Source: a virus. Taken from it: a stretch of 64,000 nucleotides of DNA. Positions 1-10,142 of this stretch are shown here, in pieces. Location: positions 35,363 to 99,362 of IMG/VR virus record IMGVR_UViG_3300032249_000925; one strand, given 5' to 3'. The position numbers and the translations under genes are program-made. The notes beneath the pieces were generated by a model that did no database searches, was not told where the DNA came from, and saw only the letters and a list, made by a program, of their open reading frames with translations. The stretch's first letter is position 1. Every line of letters starts with the position of its first letter.

Positions 1-133
1 CGGCGCGGTTTGGCTATGCAGTGTAATCTTAACGCACTGTTCAACCACTAAGTTGCCAAACTTTTGAAGCGTGTCGTCATTAACACCTTGGGTAGTAAAA
101 CCCGCTTGCTGGTGCAACAGCTTCCACTGCTCA

Positions 134-3100
134 CTAAACATTGTTGTCACTTTCTTCGTGCATATCAACCACGCTTTGTAACACGTTGTTGATTAGCTGG
201 TTTAAGGTAATGTCCTGCTCATGTGCTAGCCGCATTAACCTAAAAAGTTCGTTATCGTCAAGATCTAGTTCAATGGTTTCCATTAGTGATAGTCTCCCAT
301 ACAGTGTTGGATTAGGTAATTGTATACTGGTGTGTGGTCTAAGATCCATTGACCCTCAGGCGTTAAACCTCCAAAAGCTTTGTTTGGTGAGTGCCACCAA
401 GCCCTAACAAAGTCCGGGCCTAATAGTCCCTCTAGCATTAAGTCACAGCGTTGTTTTAAAATTTCTTGCATTAAGAGTGTTCCACATAAGTATCCCAAGT
501 AATCTTAGGGTTGTCACGTTCGTATAGTTCTACTAGCTGGTCTAGTGTCCAAACGTCGTCAGTTTCAAAGGTATCCAGCCAGCGACCAAACCTGCACCAG
601 TCTAGACTAAGCATAGGCGGCACACCAAGTTCCTCGCCGCGTGGGTCACTAGTGCCCATCACATCAATTCTACCACAACTATAGTTGTCAGTAATTAATT
701 CCATTTTGTAGTGCTCACCAGCTTTGCGTCCAGTATATGGATTGTCCTGTTCTTGTACGTGATGTTCTAGTGTGGTCAAACCGCGCTTACGATACCAGTC
801 TAGGCTGACTGGCCCCATCCAGTTTGTAGAGTACTTAACCTTCATGCTATTAACCAGTTAATTTTGTCTTTGAGCATTATAGTTTCAATACCATCATACT
901 CCTTGATAATAAACTCCTGCCCCTGTTTAATCCAGGTCAACTTAAGGCCATCAAATCCGCGAAAGGCAACTTCTGGATGTGCGTGCTCAAGGTATAAACG
1001 GGCAGCATACTCAGCCTCGTGCTCTTGTTCGCTACCACAATCAGTGCCCAACCAGCGCAAGTAGTGACCAATAAGTTCACGATCAAACATAGTTTCAGGA
1101 TACCAAGTAGCCCAAGCCGTGCCCCAATCGTCGCTGTGGATAATGGCTACTTCACCGTTTAACACATATTTTTGCATTAGTTTAGGTTCCTGTTAGGTGG
1201 TTCGTTGTCTAAAAAGTCTATAAGCTTTTGTTGCATTTCGGGAGACAGTTCTTGGAAACTATCCTCAGTAACTGGGCGACTTTGCTTAGCAAATTCGCCC
1301 GACTTAAACATACGCTGAAGTTCTGCAATAAATTCGTCTAGCTCGGCCTGCGTACCGTCAAATTCGTCAAAACAACCCGGCGCAAATTCTAGTTGCATTT
1401 GTTCAGGATTAGAGTCTTCAGGCTCAGTAATATCATCAAACTTTCGCATCATCAGACTCCTGTTTTTTATCCAACAACCACGTCATATGCTCGATTTCAT
1501 CCCAGTAAAGCTGCAGTGCAGTGATGCGGTCTACTTGGTACAATTCCATTACTGCTTCTAGTGCTTGTTTGTTCATCAGTCTAATTCTCCAGTAGGTACA
1601 CCGGTGCACACAAGAATATCTGCAAGCATATACAGTGCTTCAAGAATCTCGGCATCAGTTAAAAAATCTTTAAGTGGACTACCACATTGTTCCTGCCATA
1701 CAGCATGGACAACTTTTTCTGCTAAATGTTTATTCACCGCGCAACTCCTTATCCTGTTTGCCTACTTCGTAGGCAGCTTTAAGCCACGGCAGCATTTTGT
1801 CATACAACTCTTCGTTGTTGCCAAGATCCTCCAGCAGTCGCTCAGCACGAAAACCAAAGCCTTCTAGCTCATAAAACCAGGCGTAAAACGCCTCTAAATT
1901 ATTCGGCATTGTTATCCTCCACTACTTCCCACATACGCATATAAAAATGATTACCGTAGCTTTCACGTACTTCGTCAGGATAACCTGCCCAGTACAGCCA
2001 GTTGTCTACATCCGGATCTTTAGTGCTATCCCAGATCTGCGGAAATCCATACCGCCAACCGCCCGGCGGGTCAATCCATAGTTTTTTAGTCATATAGTTT
2101 TACCGTCCTTAAGTTTACATTCGCCAACAGCTTTACTAGCACAACGACTAAACTTTACACACCAATCGTTATATGTTTTAGCCAGGTTAGAACCTGGTGG
2201 ATGGCCCGCATTATGATGATGTTTACAGTCCTTACAATGTTTGTTCACTGCTATGCCCTTTTCAAAGTATAATATATTATAGCACAAACACAAAGGGCAT
2301 TCAACTGCAAAATATTGCCGCTGAATGCCCCCAAGGTGTTACTGATACTTATCTTCTGGTGGTTCAAACTCAAACCATTCGTGCACTTCATTCATTACAT
2401 TATGTAGTACTTGCTCAACAATTTGATCTCTACTAGGTTGTTCTGTGTACTTAAAGCTGCGGTAAACGCCGGTTTGTACGCCGTCTTCAATGCAACGCTC
2501 TAGTAGTTTTAATATGTTAGCTTTCATACATACCTCAATTATTTTCTAGCAGGACAATTCCGGCCCTCTTTACAGTTATGATTACAGGGCGGGCAAGTTT
2601 TAGTGTAGTCCATAGTGTTTAAGAATTGCTTGATCAACTTTTTCCTCGTCTAATAGTGCTAATTTAGCTTGTAGTGCACATTGCCTAATAATGTTTTCAC
2701 CAAACAACATTAACATTAGTTCAATTTTTTGTTCTTCTGAAAACTTTGCCAGTTGCGGATTGTTTAGCTGCATATGTGCACTGTAGGCAGCTTCCTGCAT
2801 AGGCTTAGGCATTTGAGGAATTTGTGGCTTTTGTTGTGGCAATAGTTGTTGTAATACTTGATCAATCATCGGACTAGGCCGCCTTTGTTGTTAATACCCT
2901 TAAGGTCATTGAGGTTAAATACAGGAAAATAGTGTCCTTTATGCATTGGTACAATAGTACGAGTAACCTGCTTGCTAGCAGCTTCACCACAAGGCATACA
3001 CAATTTTTTAGTGTGTTTAAGTGCCCAACGGCGCGGATCTACTGGTTCATCACAACGGCGACAATTATGCATTTGTTTTATCTTTAGTGTGGTTTTTAAT

Positions 3101-3581
3101 CTGTTCGTATTGCTCTGGAGTTAGTGGCCCATCGTCTTCAGGATAATGCGGCTGCTGTTGTTGCATCATACGGTATACACGATTACGGCTAGTTCGTTGA
3201 CTTGCAACACTCATCATTTGTTGCAGTATTTGACGTTTACGCATTATTATCTCTGTTTATTAACTGCTTAGTAAGTTTTTTAATATGATTGTATAGTAGA
3301 TTATATACTCCACGCTGCCCCGGCAGCCAATCTGGTTTTAGCATTAGTGTAGTTTCTTCGTCTTTGGTAACTAGAATTGGTTTATCTTCGCCGTTAAACC
3401 AACGTATTTTGCACATAACAAGTGTACATATTGGAGGATTTGCTGGATTACCTTCATCGTCTTTTTCCGGACCTAAAGCTAAGCGAATCCCACCAGTTTG
3501 TTCTACTTTATCAAGTACAGTTCTTGGTAAGTCAACTACCGTAATCGGTTCAAAATCTTTAGTATAAATAACAACATTCAC
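134..3581 (-). CDS. Cluster of about 15 short, tightly packed hypothetical early-gene ORFs (e.g. 134-349, 283-498, 471-845, 842-1177, 1177-1452, 1899-2093, 2339-2527, 2600-2869, 2866-3072, 3237-3581)
   Basis: Head-to-tail overlapping ORFs on the minus strand downstream of sigma70-type promoters; no recognisable domains. Confidence 0.7.
2276..2304 (-). promoter_or_regulatory. sigma70-type promoter
   Basis: TTGAAT-17 bp-TATAAT on the minus strand. Confidence 0.7.
2539..2613 (-). CDS. 24-aa Cys-rich micropeptide MDYTKTCPPCNHNCKEGRNCPARK
   Basis: Translated by hand; fills the gap between two co-oriented ORFs; four Cys; below the ORF track length cut-off. Confidence 0.6.
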   Translation of the reverse strand: MDYTKTCPPCNHNCKEGRNCPARK

Positions 3582-3605
3582 GGTAAGTCCTCACTAACAA
3601 ATAAT

Positions 3606-3634
3606 ATTATAGCAGGATTAGCTATAAAAATCAA
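3606..3634 (-). promoter_or_regulatory. sigma70-type promoter
   Basis: TTGATT-17 bp-TATAAT on the minus strand. Confidence 0.7.
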
Positions 3635-3636
3635 GA

Positions 3637-4317
3637 TTAAATACTAAAAGTTTCTTCTGAAATGGTTTCTGGAAAAAACGCATTTACAGTAACGGGCGCA
3701 ACTAACCTAAGTTGTTGTAGCACTAGCTTGGCAATTTCACGATGTTCTTTTTGTGTAGTAATATCCAGGCGTTGCTGTAGGTAAAAAATCCAACTGCGCA
3801 GTGTACCATTCATGTACATTTTACTAGGCGTTAAGCCCTCAGGTAATATGGCTCTGGCCTGCTCTTTGGCTATACCATGATCTAATGCCCACTCATAGAC
3901 TTCAGTAGTTTTTCTAATAAGTGTATCTTGCAGAATTTCCCATTGATATGCTGTTTGTCTTTGCTTATCATTGTTGTAGTCAGTATCAATTGATGCTTGA
4001 CGATTTTTTAAATCTTGAAACCTACACTCGCGTTGCTGTAATTTGCCTAGGCTATTTACATCTGCATAGCGCTGCGAAAACTCTTGAAAACTAAAACTAC
4101 GATGGCGCAAAATCTGTCGGGCAATATCACGGGTAGTAGTAATTTCCAAACACACATTAGCCATTTCAAATGGTGACACATGTCCGTGTTTGATCATGTA
4201 CTGCAATAATCCAGTAATATTTTTATTGTCTTGATTTTTAGGATTACTGACTCTAGCAATGTAAGCAATTTGCTCGTCAATATCCGGTGTTGCCCATTTA
4301 ATTTTAACTTCTTGCAT
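3637..4317 (-). CDS. thyX: Flavin-dependent thymidylate synthase
   Basis: GHVSPFE and RQILRHRSFSFQEFSQRY ThyX motifs; probable start ATG 4317 with AGGA RBS. Confidence 0.95.
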   Translation of the reverse strand: MQEVKIKWATPDIDEQIAYIARVSNPKNQDNKNITGLLQYMIKHGHVSPFEMANVCLEITTTRDIARQILRHRSFSFQEFSQRYADVNSLGKLQQRECRFQDLKNRQASIDTDYNNDKQRQTAYQWEILQDTLIRKTTEVYEWALDHGIAKEQARAILPEGLTPSKMYMNGTLRSWIFYLQQRLDITTQKEHREIAKLVLQQLRLVAPVTVNAFFPETISEETFSI

Positions 4318-4324
4318 TTGCGTC

Positions 4325-4762
4325 CTATGTATAAAATACGTGATTACCAATTTTATCTGTGCGTTCTAGCCTGCGCCAATTGGGCTTGACTTTTGTGTTG
4401 TGATAGTACATAGCAGGTGTTGTTGACACTTCTGGATTTAACATTACTAGTTTAGCTAAGTGTAGGCTTTCTGTCCAAGCCTGTTTATCTAAAATAGGCT
4501 TGTATTTACTTTTAGTCCAACTAAACTGCCCACGTTGATAAACTACACCACAAATACTGTCGCGAAATTTACCGCTAGCAACTCTATTAAGCGTAACTTT
4601 AGCTACTGCTAGTTTTCCACGAAGTGATTCTCCACGAGCTTCGTGATAAATATTTTTAGCCAAACAAACAGTTTCGTCATTATAAACCCAAGACTTAGGT
4701 ATAGGTGCTGAATCAATTAATTGTGGAAATGCTAACAAGCTTAATATTAGGAATTTTATCAT
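4325..4762 (-). CDS. SleB-like cell wall hydrolase (Hydrolase_2)
   Basis: CLAKNIYHEARGE, VYQRGQFSW, IGNHVFY motifs; N-terminal hydrophobic segment. Confidence 0.9.
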   Translation of the reverse strand: MIKFLILSLLAFPQLIDSAPIPKSWVYNDETVCLAKNIYHEARGESLRGKLAVAKVTLNRVASGKFRDSICGVVYQRGQFSWTKSKYKPILDKQAWTESLHLAKLVMLNPEVSTTPAMYYHNTKVKPNWRRLERTDKIGNHVFYT

Positions 4763-4800
4763 TGTTATACCCTAAATTTTTGTTAAATTTAACACTATTA

Positions 4801-4829
4801 ATTATAGCATAGGCAATAAACAAAATCAA
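4801..4829 (-). promoter_or_regulatory. sigma70-type promoter
   Basis: TTGATT-17 bp-TATAAT on the minus strand. Confidence 0.7.
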
Positions 4830-5099
4830 GTTAATTTTGTTAAACCCAGTGTTAAAAAAATTTACATATTGTTTTTTGTTTATTGGTTATGTTATAATTT
4901 ACAAAATCAGGAGAATTATAATGGACAATTATGTTGAACAACTAGAAAGGTTAATTGTTAAAGAGCTGCTGCCAGTATATGAAAAATATAATTGCGAACA
5001 TGGATTAACTAATAGTAATAATATACCTGAAAATTTATTGCAAAACATAAAACGCAAACAACAAATACCTGCGTTGCTAAAACCAAAACAAATTTAAAG

Positions 5100-5128
5100 T
5101 TGACAACAAAAACAAAGTGTTGTATAAT
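5100..5128 (+). promoter_or_regulatory. Consensus sigma70 promoter
   Basis: TTGACA-17 bp-TATAAT. Confidence 0.85.
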
Positions 5129-5161
5129 ATTAAAACTATCCACTTATTTATTTAAATTATA

Positions 5162-5611
5162 ATGACTACCACTTTTACCACAAAGCTTCCAGAAATTAAT
5201 ACTACATTTAACACAATGGACGGCCCTGTTACTATTCCGGCTTTTAAAGCCGAAGACCTTAAACAACAAAAGTTTCAATTTACTAATGTTAGCTTTACAA
5301 CAAACGCATTAAAATATGACGAAGACAAGCCGCCAATGAATTTACTAAGCCGAGAAGCCTTAGAGCAAACCGCAAAAGTAATGGCATTTGGCAAAGAAAA
5401 GTATGATGCACACAATTGGCGCAAAGGCTTTGCCTGGAGCCGACCCTTAAGCGCAGCAATGCGGCATATTATGGCATTTAACGATGGCGAAAACAAAGAC
5501 CCCGAATCGGGCTTATCGCATCTAGCACATGCTGCTTGCTGTATTATGTTCCTTTTAGAATTTGAGAAAACTCACCAAGAACTAGATGATCGTTTCAAAC
5601 CAATTAAATAA
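5162..5611 (+). CDS. dATP/dGTP diphosphohydrolase-domain protein (DUF5664-like)
   Basis: KYDEDK..MNLL, FGKEKYDAHNWRKG, AAMRHI, DPESGLSHLAHAACC motifs. Confidence 0.85.
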   Translation: MTTTFTTKLPEINTTFNTMDGPVTIPAFKAEDLKQQKFQFTNVSFTTNALKYDEDKPPMNLLSREALEQTAKVMAFGKEKYDAHNWRKGFAWSRPLSAAMRHIMAFNDGENKDPESGLSHLAHAACCIMFLLEFEKTHQELDDRFKPIK

Positions 5612-5816
5612 TAAACTTGTTCGTGAACTTGTAGGCACTAGAAAAGACTTAGCTGCCGCTTGTGAAGATTTAGGCCTTAGCTTTGAACAAGTAACAAAAC
5701 AAGGCGGGCCCGGTGTACCACAGTGTACACACTGCGGCCGCTGGGAATTTAAACTAATCCCAGACTTAGACAATAATCCAATCTGCAAGTACTGCAGAGA
5801 CATAGAAGGTATGTAA
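5586..5816 (+). CDS. Hypothetical zinc-ribbon protein
   Basis: CTHC...CKYC. Confidence 0.55.
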   Translation: MIVSNQLNNKLVRELVGTRKDLAAACEDLGLSFEQVTKQGGPGVPQCTHCGRWEFKLIPDLDNNPICKYCRDIEGM

Positions 5817-5823
5817 TTATTTT

Positions 5824-5898
5824 TGCAATAGCCTATTTAGGTATTGCACAACCCCGGGCTATGTGCCCATAACACAATCTTGCTTTTAGGAGATTTCG
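5824..5898 (+). promoter_or_regulatory. ROSE-like RNA thermometer in the hsp20 5' UTR
   Basis: Two upstream hairpins, then AATCTTGCT-TTT-AGGAGATT in which the UUGCU motif pairs with the SD, leaving a bulged G. Confidence 0.7.
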
Positions 5899-6315
5899 AT
5901 GACTTTTGATGTTAGACTATTAAATCGTGCCCTGGTTGGGTTTGATGACTTTTTTAATGCTTTTGAAACACGCCATGCAAATCAGCTAAACACTAACTAT
6001 CCTCCATATAATGTAATTAAATTTGGTGAAAATGACTACATTATTGAAATGGCGGTCGCTGGTTTTAAACGTGATGAAATTACTATTGAACTAGAAAATG
6101 ATGTGCTTAGTATTCGTGGTGTTAAACGCGATCAGAAACCGGATACTGCACAGTATATATACCATGGACTAGGCAGTCGTGGATTTCAACGACAGTTTAC
6201 ACTGCATAATAACTTAGTAATAAAAGATGCCATCTTAGAAGATGGTATTCTTAAAGTACTAATCTTACACGTAATTCCAGAGGATAAAAAACCAAAACTA
6301 ATTAAGATTAACTAA
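5899..6315 (+). CDS. Small heat shock protein (Hsp20/IbpA family)
   Basis: NYPPYNV, IEMAVAGF, YIYHGLGSRGFQRQF, LEDGIL motifs. Confidence 0.95.
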   Translation: MTFDVRLLNRALVGFDDFFNAFETRHANQLNTNYPPYNVIKFGENDYIIEMAVAGFKRDEITIELENDVLSIRGVKRDQKPDTAQYIYHGLGSRGFQRQFTLHNNLVIKDAILEDGILKVLILHVIPEDKKPKLIKIN

Positions 6316-6324
6316 AAACTAATC

Positions 6325-6353
6325 TTGACAGGGCGGGTATAATTTGTTATAAT
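6325..6353 (+). promoter_or_regulatory. Consensus sigma70 promoter
   Basis: TTGACA-17 bp-TATAAT. Confidence 0.85.
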
Positions 6354-6374
6354 ATATCTTTATCGGAGAATATT

Positions 6375-6560
6375 ATGGCTGGTTATACCCGCGATTTTTT
6401 GATTCAAGCATATGTTAGTCGTTATGAACCACTAGGATTGGAAGCAGTAGAATCGCTATATAAACTTGCTGAAGCAGCTTATACTAAGTACGGCAAAGAT
6501 AAATTTCGTGCTTATGCAAGCCTTGACGCAGAAACCCTACGAAAATACAAAGGAAAATAA
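6375..6560 (+). CDS. Hypothetical protein
   Basis: GGAG RBS; follows a promoter. Confidence 0.65.
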   Translation: MAGYTRDFLIQAYVSRYEPLGLEAVESLYKLAEAAYTKYGKDKFRAYASLDAETLRKYKGK

Positions 6561-6561
6561 A

Positions 6562-6858
6562 ATGACTTATACACCTCAAGGTTGGATTGTTGTTGAAATT
6601 ACAAGTGTTACAGGCGAAAAAATTGAAAAAGTTTTAGCTACTTGGGGCATTGATCAATGGAAGCTAAACAGCGGCAATAAGTACGCAGAAGAATTGCCAG
6701 ACCGCTGGAAATTCCATGGCTATAGTGGTAGTATCTATGTGTGCTATAAAGATAGCTATGGCACATCAGCATTTATACAAGATATTTACGACGACTTTGA
6801 ACGTCAACTAAACCTAAGTGGAGGCAGTATTAAAATTGTAGACAAGTATAATGTTTGA
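6562..6858 (+). CDS. Hypothetical phage protein
   Basis: Probable start ATG 6562 with AAGGA RBS; WKLNSG and FHGYSGSIYVC pattern. Confidence 0.7.
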   Translation: MTYTPQGWIVVEITSVTGEKIEKVLATWGIDQWKLNSGNKYAEELPDRWKFHGYSGSIYVCYKDSYGTSAFIQDIYDDFERQLNLSGGSIKIVDKYNV

Positions 6859-7864
6859 TCAAACTGTGCAACGCATTGGTTTTGCCTGCAAAATTCAAGA
6901 ATCGCAAGGCAAAGCTAATCCTAGCCTAAATACTAAAACTACTACACTTACTTGGCTTAACAAACAAACACGCGATGTAGCAGTTGAGCGACTGTATGAA
7001 ATTGCTGAACAAAATATTCAAGCACTACAACGTCAGCTTGTGTGGGTTGCTGCTCAACCAAAACACCTGCGTATGTTTAGATTGAGCAGCGATTTGCTGC
7101 CTGCGTATACTCATGAGGACTGGATGTGGGCCTACTTTGAACCTAGTATGGTTAAACTACTAGAAACTGGATTTGCAAAAGTAGGTGACTTAGCACGCAA
7201 ACACGACATTAAAATCAGCTTTCACCCAGGTCAATTTTGTGTGTTAGCTAGTGAAAATCCCAATGTAGTAGAGAACTCAATTCAAGAATTCGAATATCAC
7301 TGTGACATAATTCGTTACATGGGATATGGTCAACAATTTCAAGACTTTAAGTGCAATGTGCATATTGGCGGCAAGCTAGGTCCTGAAGGTATTAAACAAG
7401 CTGTGCGTAAACTTAGTCGCGAAGCACGCAACACACTAACTATTGAAAATGCAGAATTTACGTGGGGCCTTGATGCCAGTCTTGAACTTGTGGATACTTG
7501 TGCTCTTGTTGTGGACATTCATCACCACTGGATTAACACTGGTGAGTATTTGGATTGCAATGACCCTAAGCTAGAGCAAGTTTTAGAAAGCTGGCGCGGA
7601 GTCAGACCTACGCTACACTACAGTGTTAGCCGAGAAGATCTACTCATTGATCATGATCCAAATGTCCTGCCCAATCTCAAAGAACTAAAGCTACAAGGAT
7701 TTACTAGTGCTAAACTTAGAGCACATAGTGACTACTACTGGAATAGTGCTGTTAATACCTGGGCTATGAGTTTTTTACCACGTTTTGACATTATGTGCGA
7801 GTCTAAAGAAAAGAATTTAGCCAGCCATGAATTTGCAAAATTTGCACTTGATTTTGCTTGCTAA
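6851..7864 (+). CDS. uvsE: UV damage endonuclease (UvsE/UVDE)
   Basis: RIGFACK, MFRLSSDLLP, SFHPGQF, TIEN, DIHHH, RAHSDY, DIMCESKEK motifs. Confidence 0.93.
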   Translation: MFDQTVQRIGFACKIQESQGKANPSLNTKTTTLTWLNKQTRDVAVERLYEIAEQNIQALQRQLVWVAAQPKHLRMFRLSSDLLPAYTHEDWMWAYFEPSMVKLLETGFAKVGDLARKHDIKISFHPGQFCVLASENPNVVENSIQEFEYHCDIIRYMGYGQQFQDFKCNVHIGGKLGPEGIKQAVRKLSREARNTLTIENAEFTWGLDASLELVDTCALVVDIHHHWINTGEYLDCNDPKLEQVLESWRGVRPTLHYSVSREDLLIDHDPNVLPNLKELKLQGFTSAKLRAHSDYYWNSAVNTWAMSFLPRFDIMCESKEKNLASHEFAKFALDFAC

Positions 7865-7876
7865 TTGTAGTATAAT
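7848..7876 (+). promoter_or_regulatory. sigma70-type promoter
   Basis: TTGATT-17 bp-TATAAT. Confidence 0.7.
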
Positions 7877-7882
7877 TTAAAT

Positions 7883-7977
7883 ATGCCCCTTGATCAAGGG
7901 AAAATCTGGTCGAGCAATTAGTTCGCGGCACATCCAGACACGGCGGCTAAACCCTTAGGCCGCTACTAACAAAGCAT
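7883..7977 (+). ncRNA. Candidate structured RNA or structured leader
   Basis: GC-rich intergenic stretch with three hairpins (CCCTT/AAGGG, TCTGG/CCAGA, GCGGC/GCCGC) closed by ATGC/GCAT, directly after a promoter. Confidence 0.35.
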
Positions 7978-7980
7978 TTT

Positions 7981-8580
7981 ATGGAACTAATTAACGATAG
8001 CGATGTTTGGATTAACTGTCCCACAGAGCACTTATGGGTATATGATAAACTTATTTTAGCAAAAAAGCTAGGATATAGTGCTGGTCCTGCTGGTATTTGT
8101 GTACCTAAAGCAGACTGGTATGTAGTAAGACCAATTACTAATTGTCGTATGATGGGACTAGGCGCATATAGGGCTTGGTTAGTGCCGGACAAGGACACTA
8201 TTCCAGATGGATATTTTTGGTGTGAATGGTTTAGTGGTAGACATATTACCATAGACTATAATTTTGGTCAACAAGGTTTAACAGCAGAAGGTATAAAATT
8301 TACTGGTTCCTTAAACAGATTTTCTAGTTGGGAAAAGATTAAATACATTTACAAATTGCCAGATTGTTTGCAACAAGTAGCCAATGCTAGTAAGTGGTTA
8401 AACATTGAGTTAATTGATGGTAAGATTATTGAAGTACACCTAAGATACAACGATGATTTTTCTGGACATAATGGTAGCATAATATGGCCTGTATGGGCGG
8501 ACAAAAAAATTAGTCAGCCATCTAACACTAAATTTATAGAAAATGCCTGCGGCGCTAGACAGGGATTTTGGTATAAATAA
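7981..8580 (+). CDS. Conserved phage protein, possibly ATP-grasp-like
   Basis: WVYDKLILAKKLGY, YVVRP, FWCEWFSGRH, NIELIDGKIIEVHLR pattern. Confidence 0.55.
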   Translation: MELINDSDVWINCPTEHLWVYDKLILAKKLGYSAGPAGICVPKADWYVVRPITNCRMMGLGAYRAWLVPDKDTIPDGYFWCEWFSGRHITIDYNFGQQGLTAEGIKFTGSLNRFSSWEKIKYIYKLPDCLQQVANASKWLNIELIDGKIIEVHLRYNDDFSGHNGSIIWPVWADKKISQPSNTKFIENACGARQGFWYK

Positions 8581-8590
8581 AGGACATAAC

Positions 8591-8914
8591 ATGAGTCGTA
8601 CACTAAAAGACAAAAAATGGAAACTTAAATTTCCTGAATTAGACTATAGATTTGATAGCATTAAAATTACTAGCGATAATAGTTATAGTATTAGGTATAT
8701 TCAACTACCTGGTGTAAAGCCCAAAAAGAAACGAGAATTAGATACTGATTGGCACTGGCTTAATACAACGCCTAGTTGGTGGACTCGCCTAACCATGAAT
8801 CGTCCACAGCGTCGTGCAGGACATATGTGGGAACAAAAAGTTTTACTAGAAACTGATTTAGAAATAACTGATCCTCCTGGTGTGGGACATAAACCGCACG
8901 TATATTATTATTAA
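8591..8914 (+). CDS. Hypothetical basic Trp-rich protein
   Basis: Probable start ATG 8591 after AGGA RBS. Confidence 0.65.
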   Translation: MSRTLKDKKWKLKFPELDYRFDSIKITSDNSYSIRYIQLPGVKPKKKRELDTDWHWLNTTPSWWTRLTMNRPQRRAGHMWEQKVLLETDLEITDPPGVGHKPHVYYY

Positions 8915-8916
8915 TT

Positions 8917-9008
8917 AGAGAGTTGGCTGAGCGGCCGAAGGCAGCGGTTTGCTAAACCGTCGTATGCAGCGATGTGTACCGTGGGTTCGAATCCCACACT
9001 CTCTGCCA
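8917..9008 (+). tRNA. tRNA-Ser(GCT)
   Basis: AGAGAGT/ACTCTCT acceptor stem, anticodon loop TTGCTAA, long variable arm, GGTTCGAATCC, encoded CCA. Confidence 0.95.
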
Positions 9009-9016
9009 CAAATACT

Positions 9017-9328
9017 ATGAGCAGTAAAAGACAACAAGTAACAGCAATTATATACGACAAACGTGGGCGCGTGCTTAGCGTTGGACAGAATAGCTACATA
9101 AAGTCGCATCCTGTTCAAGCTCGGCACGCTAAACGCGTTGGTAAAGAACACCATATTTATCTACACGCAGAAATTGCAGCTATTACCCGTTGCCAAGACA
9201 TTAGTCGTGCACACAAAATATTCGTTACTAGATATGATGCTAATGGCAATCCTACCCTAGCCAAGCCCTGTGAAATATGTTGCAGCGCTATTAGTGTTAC
9301 ACCAATTAAAATTATAGAACATACTTAG
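9017..9328 (+). CDS. Zn-dependent cytidine/dCMP deaminase-like protein
   Basis: HAE...KPCEIC motif; start placed at ATG 9017, after the tRNA. Confidence 0.85.
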   Translation: MSSKRQQVTAIIYDKRGRVLSVGQNSYIKSHPVQARHAKRVGKEHHIYLHAEIAAITRCQDISRAHKIFVTRYDANGNPTLAKPCEICCSAISVTPIKIIEHT

Positions 9329-9337
9329 GAGAGCACT

Positions 9338-9589
9338 ATGCCATGTATGCGATGCAGCAATGGTAAATATAAATACGGCGAACATGGCGACTGTATGTTT
9401 GATACACTAGCTAAATGTAAAGCGGCCGCGGCCGCTATTCATATTAGTGAACCAGGACCACATGGTCCAATACCAGCAGGAAAAGATATGACACCAGTTC
9501 AACCTGTACAGCCCACAAACCCTATGCATGACCCAATGTGTCAATGTGCTGGGTGTAAGGGTATGTATCCTAAATATCCCACAAAATAA
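9338..9589 (+). CDS. Hypothetical Cys/Pro-rich protein
   Basis: AGGAG RBS; CxxC motifs at both ends. Confidence 0.6.
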   Translation: MPCMRCSNGKYKYGEHGDCMFDTLAKCKAAAAAIHISEPGPHGPIPAGKDMTPVQPVQPTNPMHDPMCQCAGCKGMYPKYPTK

Positions 9590-9591
9590 TC

Positions 9592-9906
9592 ATGGACGCG
9601 TATACACAAAAAATTAGTGAGTACAATACTGCACTAGATAAGATTATTGAAAAAGCTCAAAACCTAAAACGCGGCGATAGTGTAAGCTGGAACAGCAGCG
9701 GCGGCACAGCACGCGGAAAGATTACTAAAATAATTACTAGTGGCAGCGAGCAAGTACCAAATAGTAGTTTTAAAATTACTGGCACTGAGGAAGATCCCGG
9801 CGCTCTTATCAGAGTTTACGCTAAAGATGGTGATGTATACAAACCTACAGATACAATTGTAGGACATAAAGTAAAAACTTTAACAAAAATACCTAATCTA
9901 GATTAA
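9592..9906 (+). CDS. DUF2945/Hva1 Tudor-like domain protein
   Basis: KRGDSVSWNSSGGTARGKI...VGHK motif. Confidence 0.7.
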   Translation: MDAYTQKISEYNTALDKIIEKAQNLKRGDSVSWNSSGGTARGKITKIITSGSEQVPNSSFKITGTEEDPGALIRVYAKDGDVYKPTDTIVGHKVKTLTKIPNLD

Positions 9907-9916
9907 AGGAACTAAC

Positions 9917-10102
9917 ATGATCAGATATGAACAAGTAGAAAGTTATGTAGATGAAATGCCAGAAAAACCGCCTAATCCTAAAACAGGGCGAGATGAAGAC
10001 GACATGCCACAAGGCGGTGCAGAAACCATGCAAATCAACATTGTTGACCGCGGTGGAGTTACACACGAAGGCGATATGGGTCGCCTAGGCAAAAGCGAAT
10101 AA
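9917..10102 (+). CDS. Hypothetical acidic protein
   Basis: AAGGA RBS. Confidence 0.55.
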   Translation: MIRYEQVESYVDEMPEKPPNPKTGRDEDDMPQGGAETMQINIVDRGGVTHEGDMGRLGKSE

Positions 10103-10142
10103 GCCTTAATTATTTGCAACACACAACACACAAGGATATAAT

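Noticed and set aside
8915-9154. ORF-track entries 8915-9154 (-) and the 8972 start (+)
   Set aside because: They overlap tRNA-Ser; the deaminase most likely starts at ATG 9017
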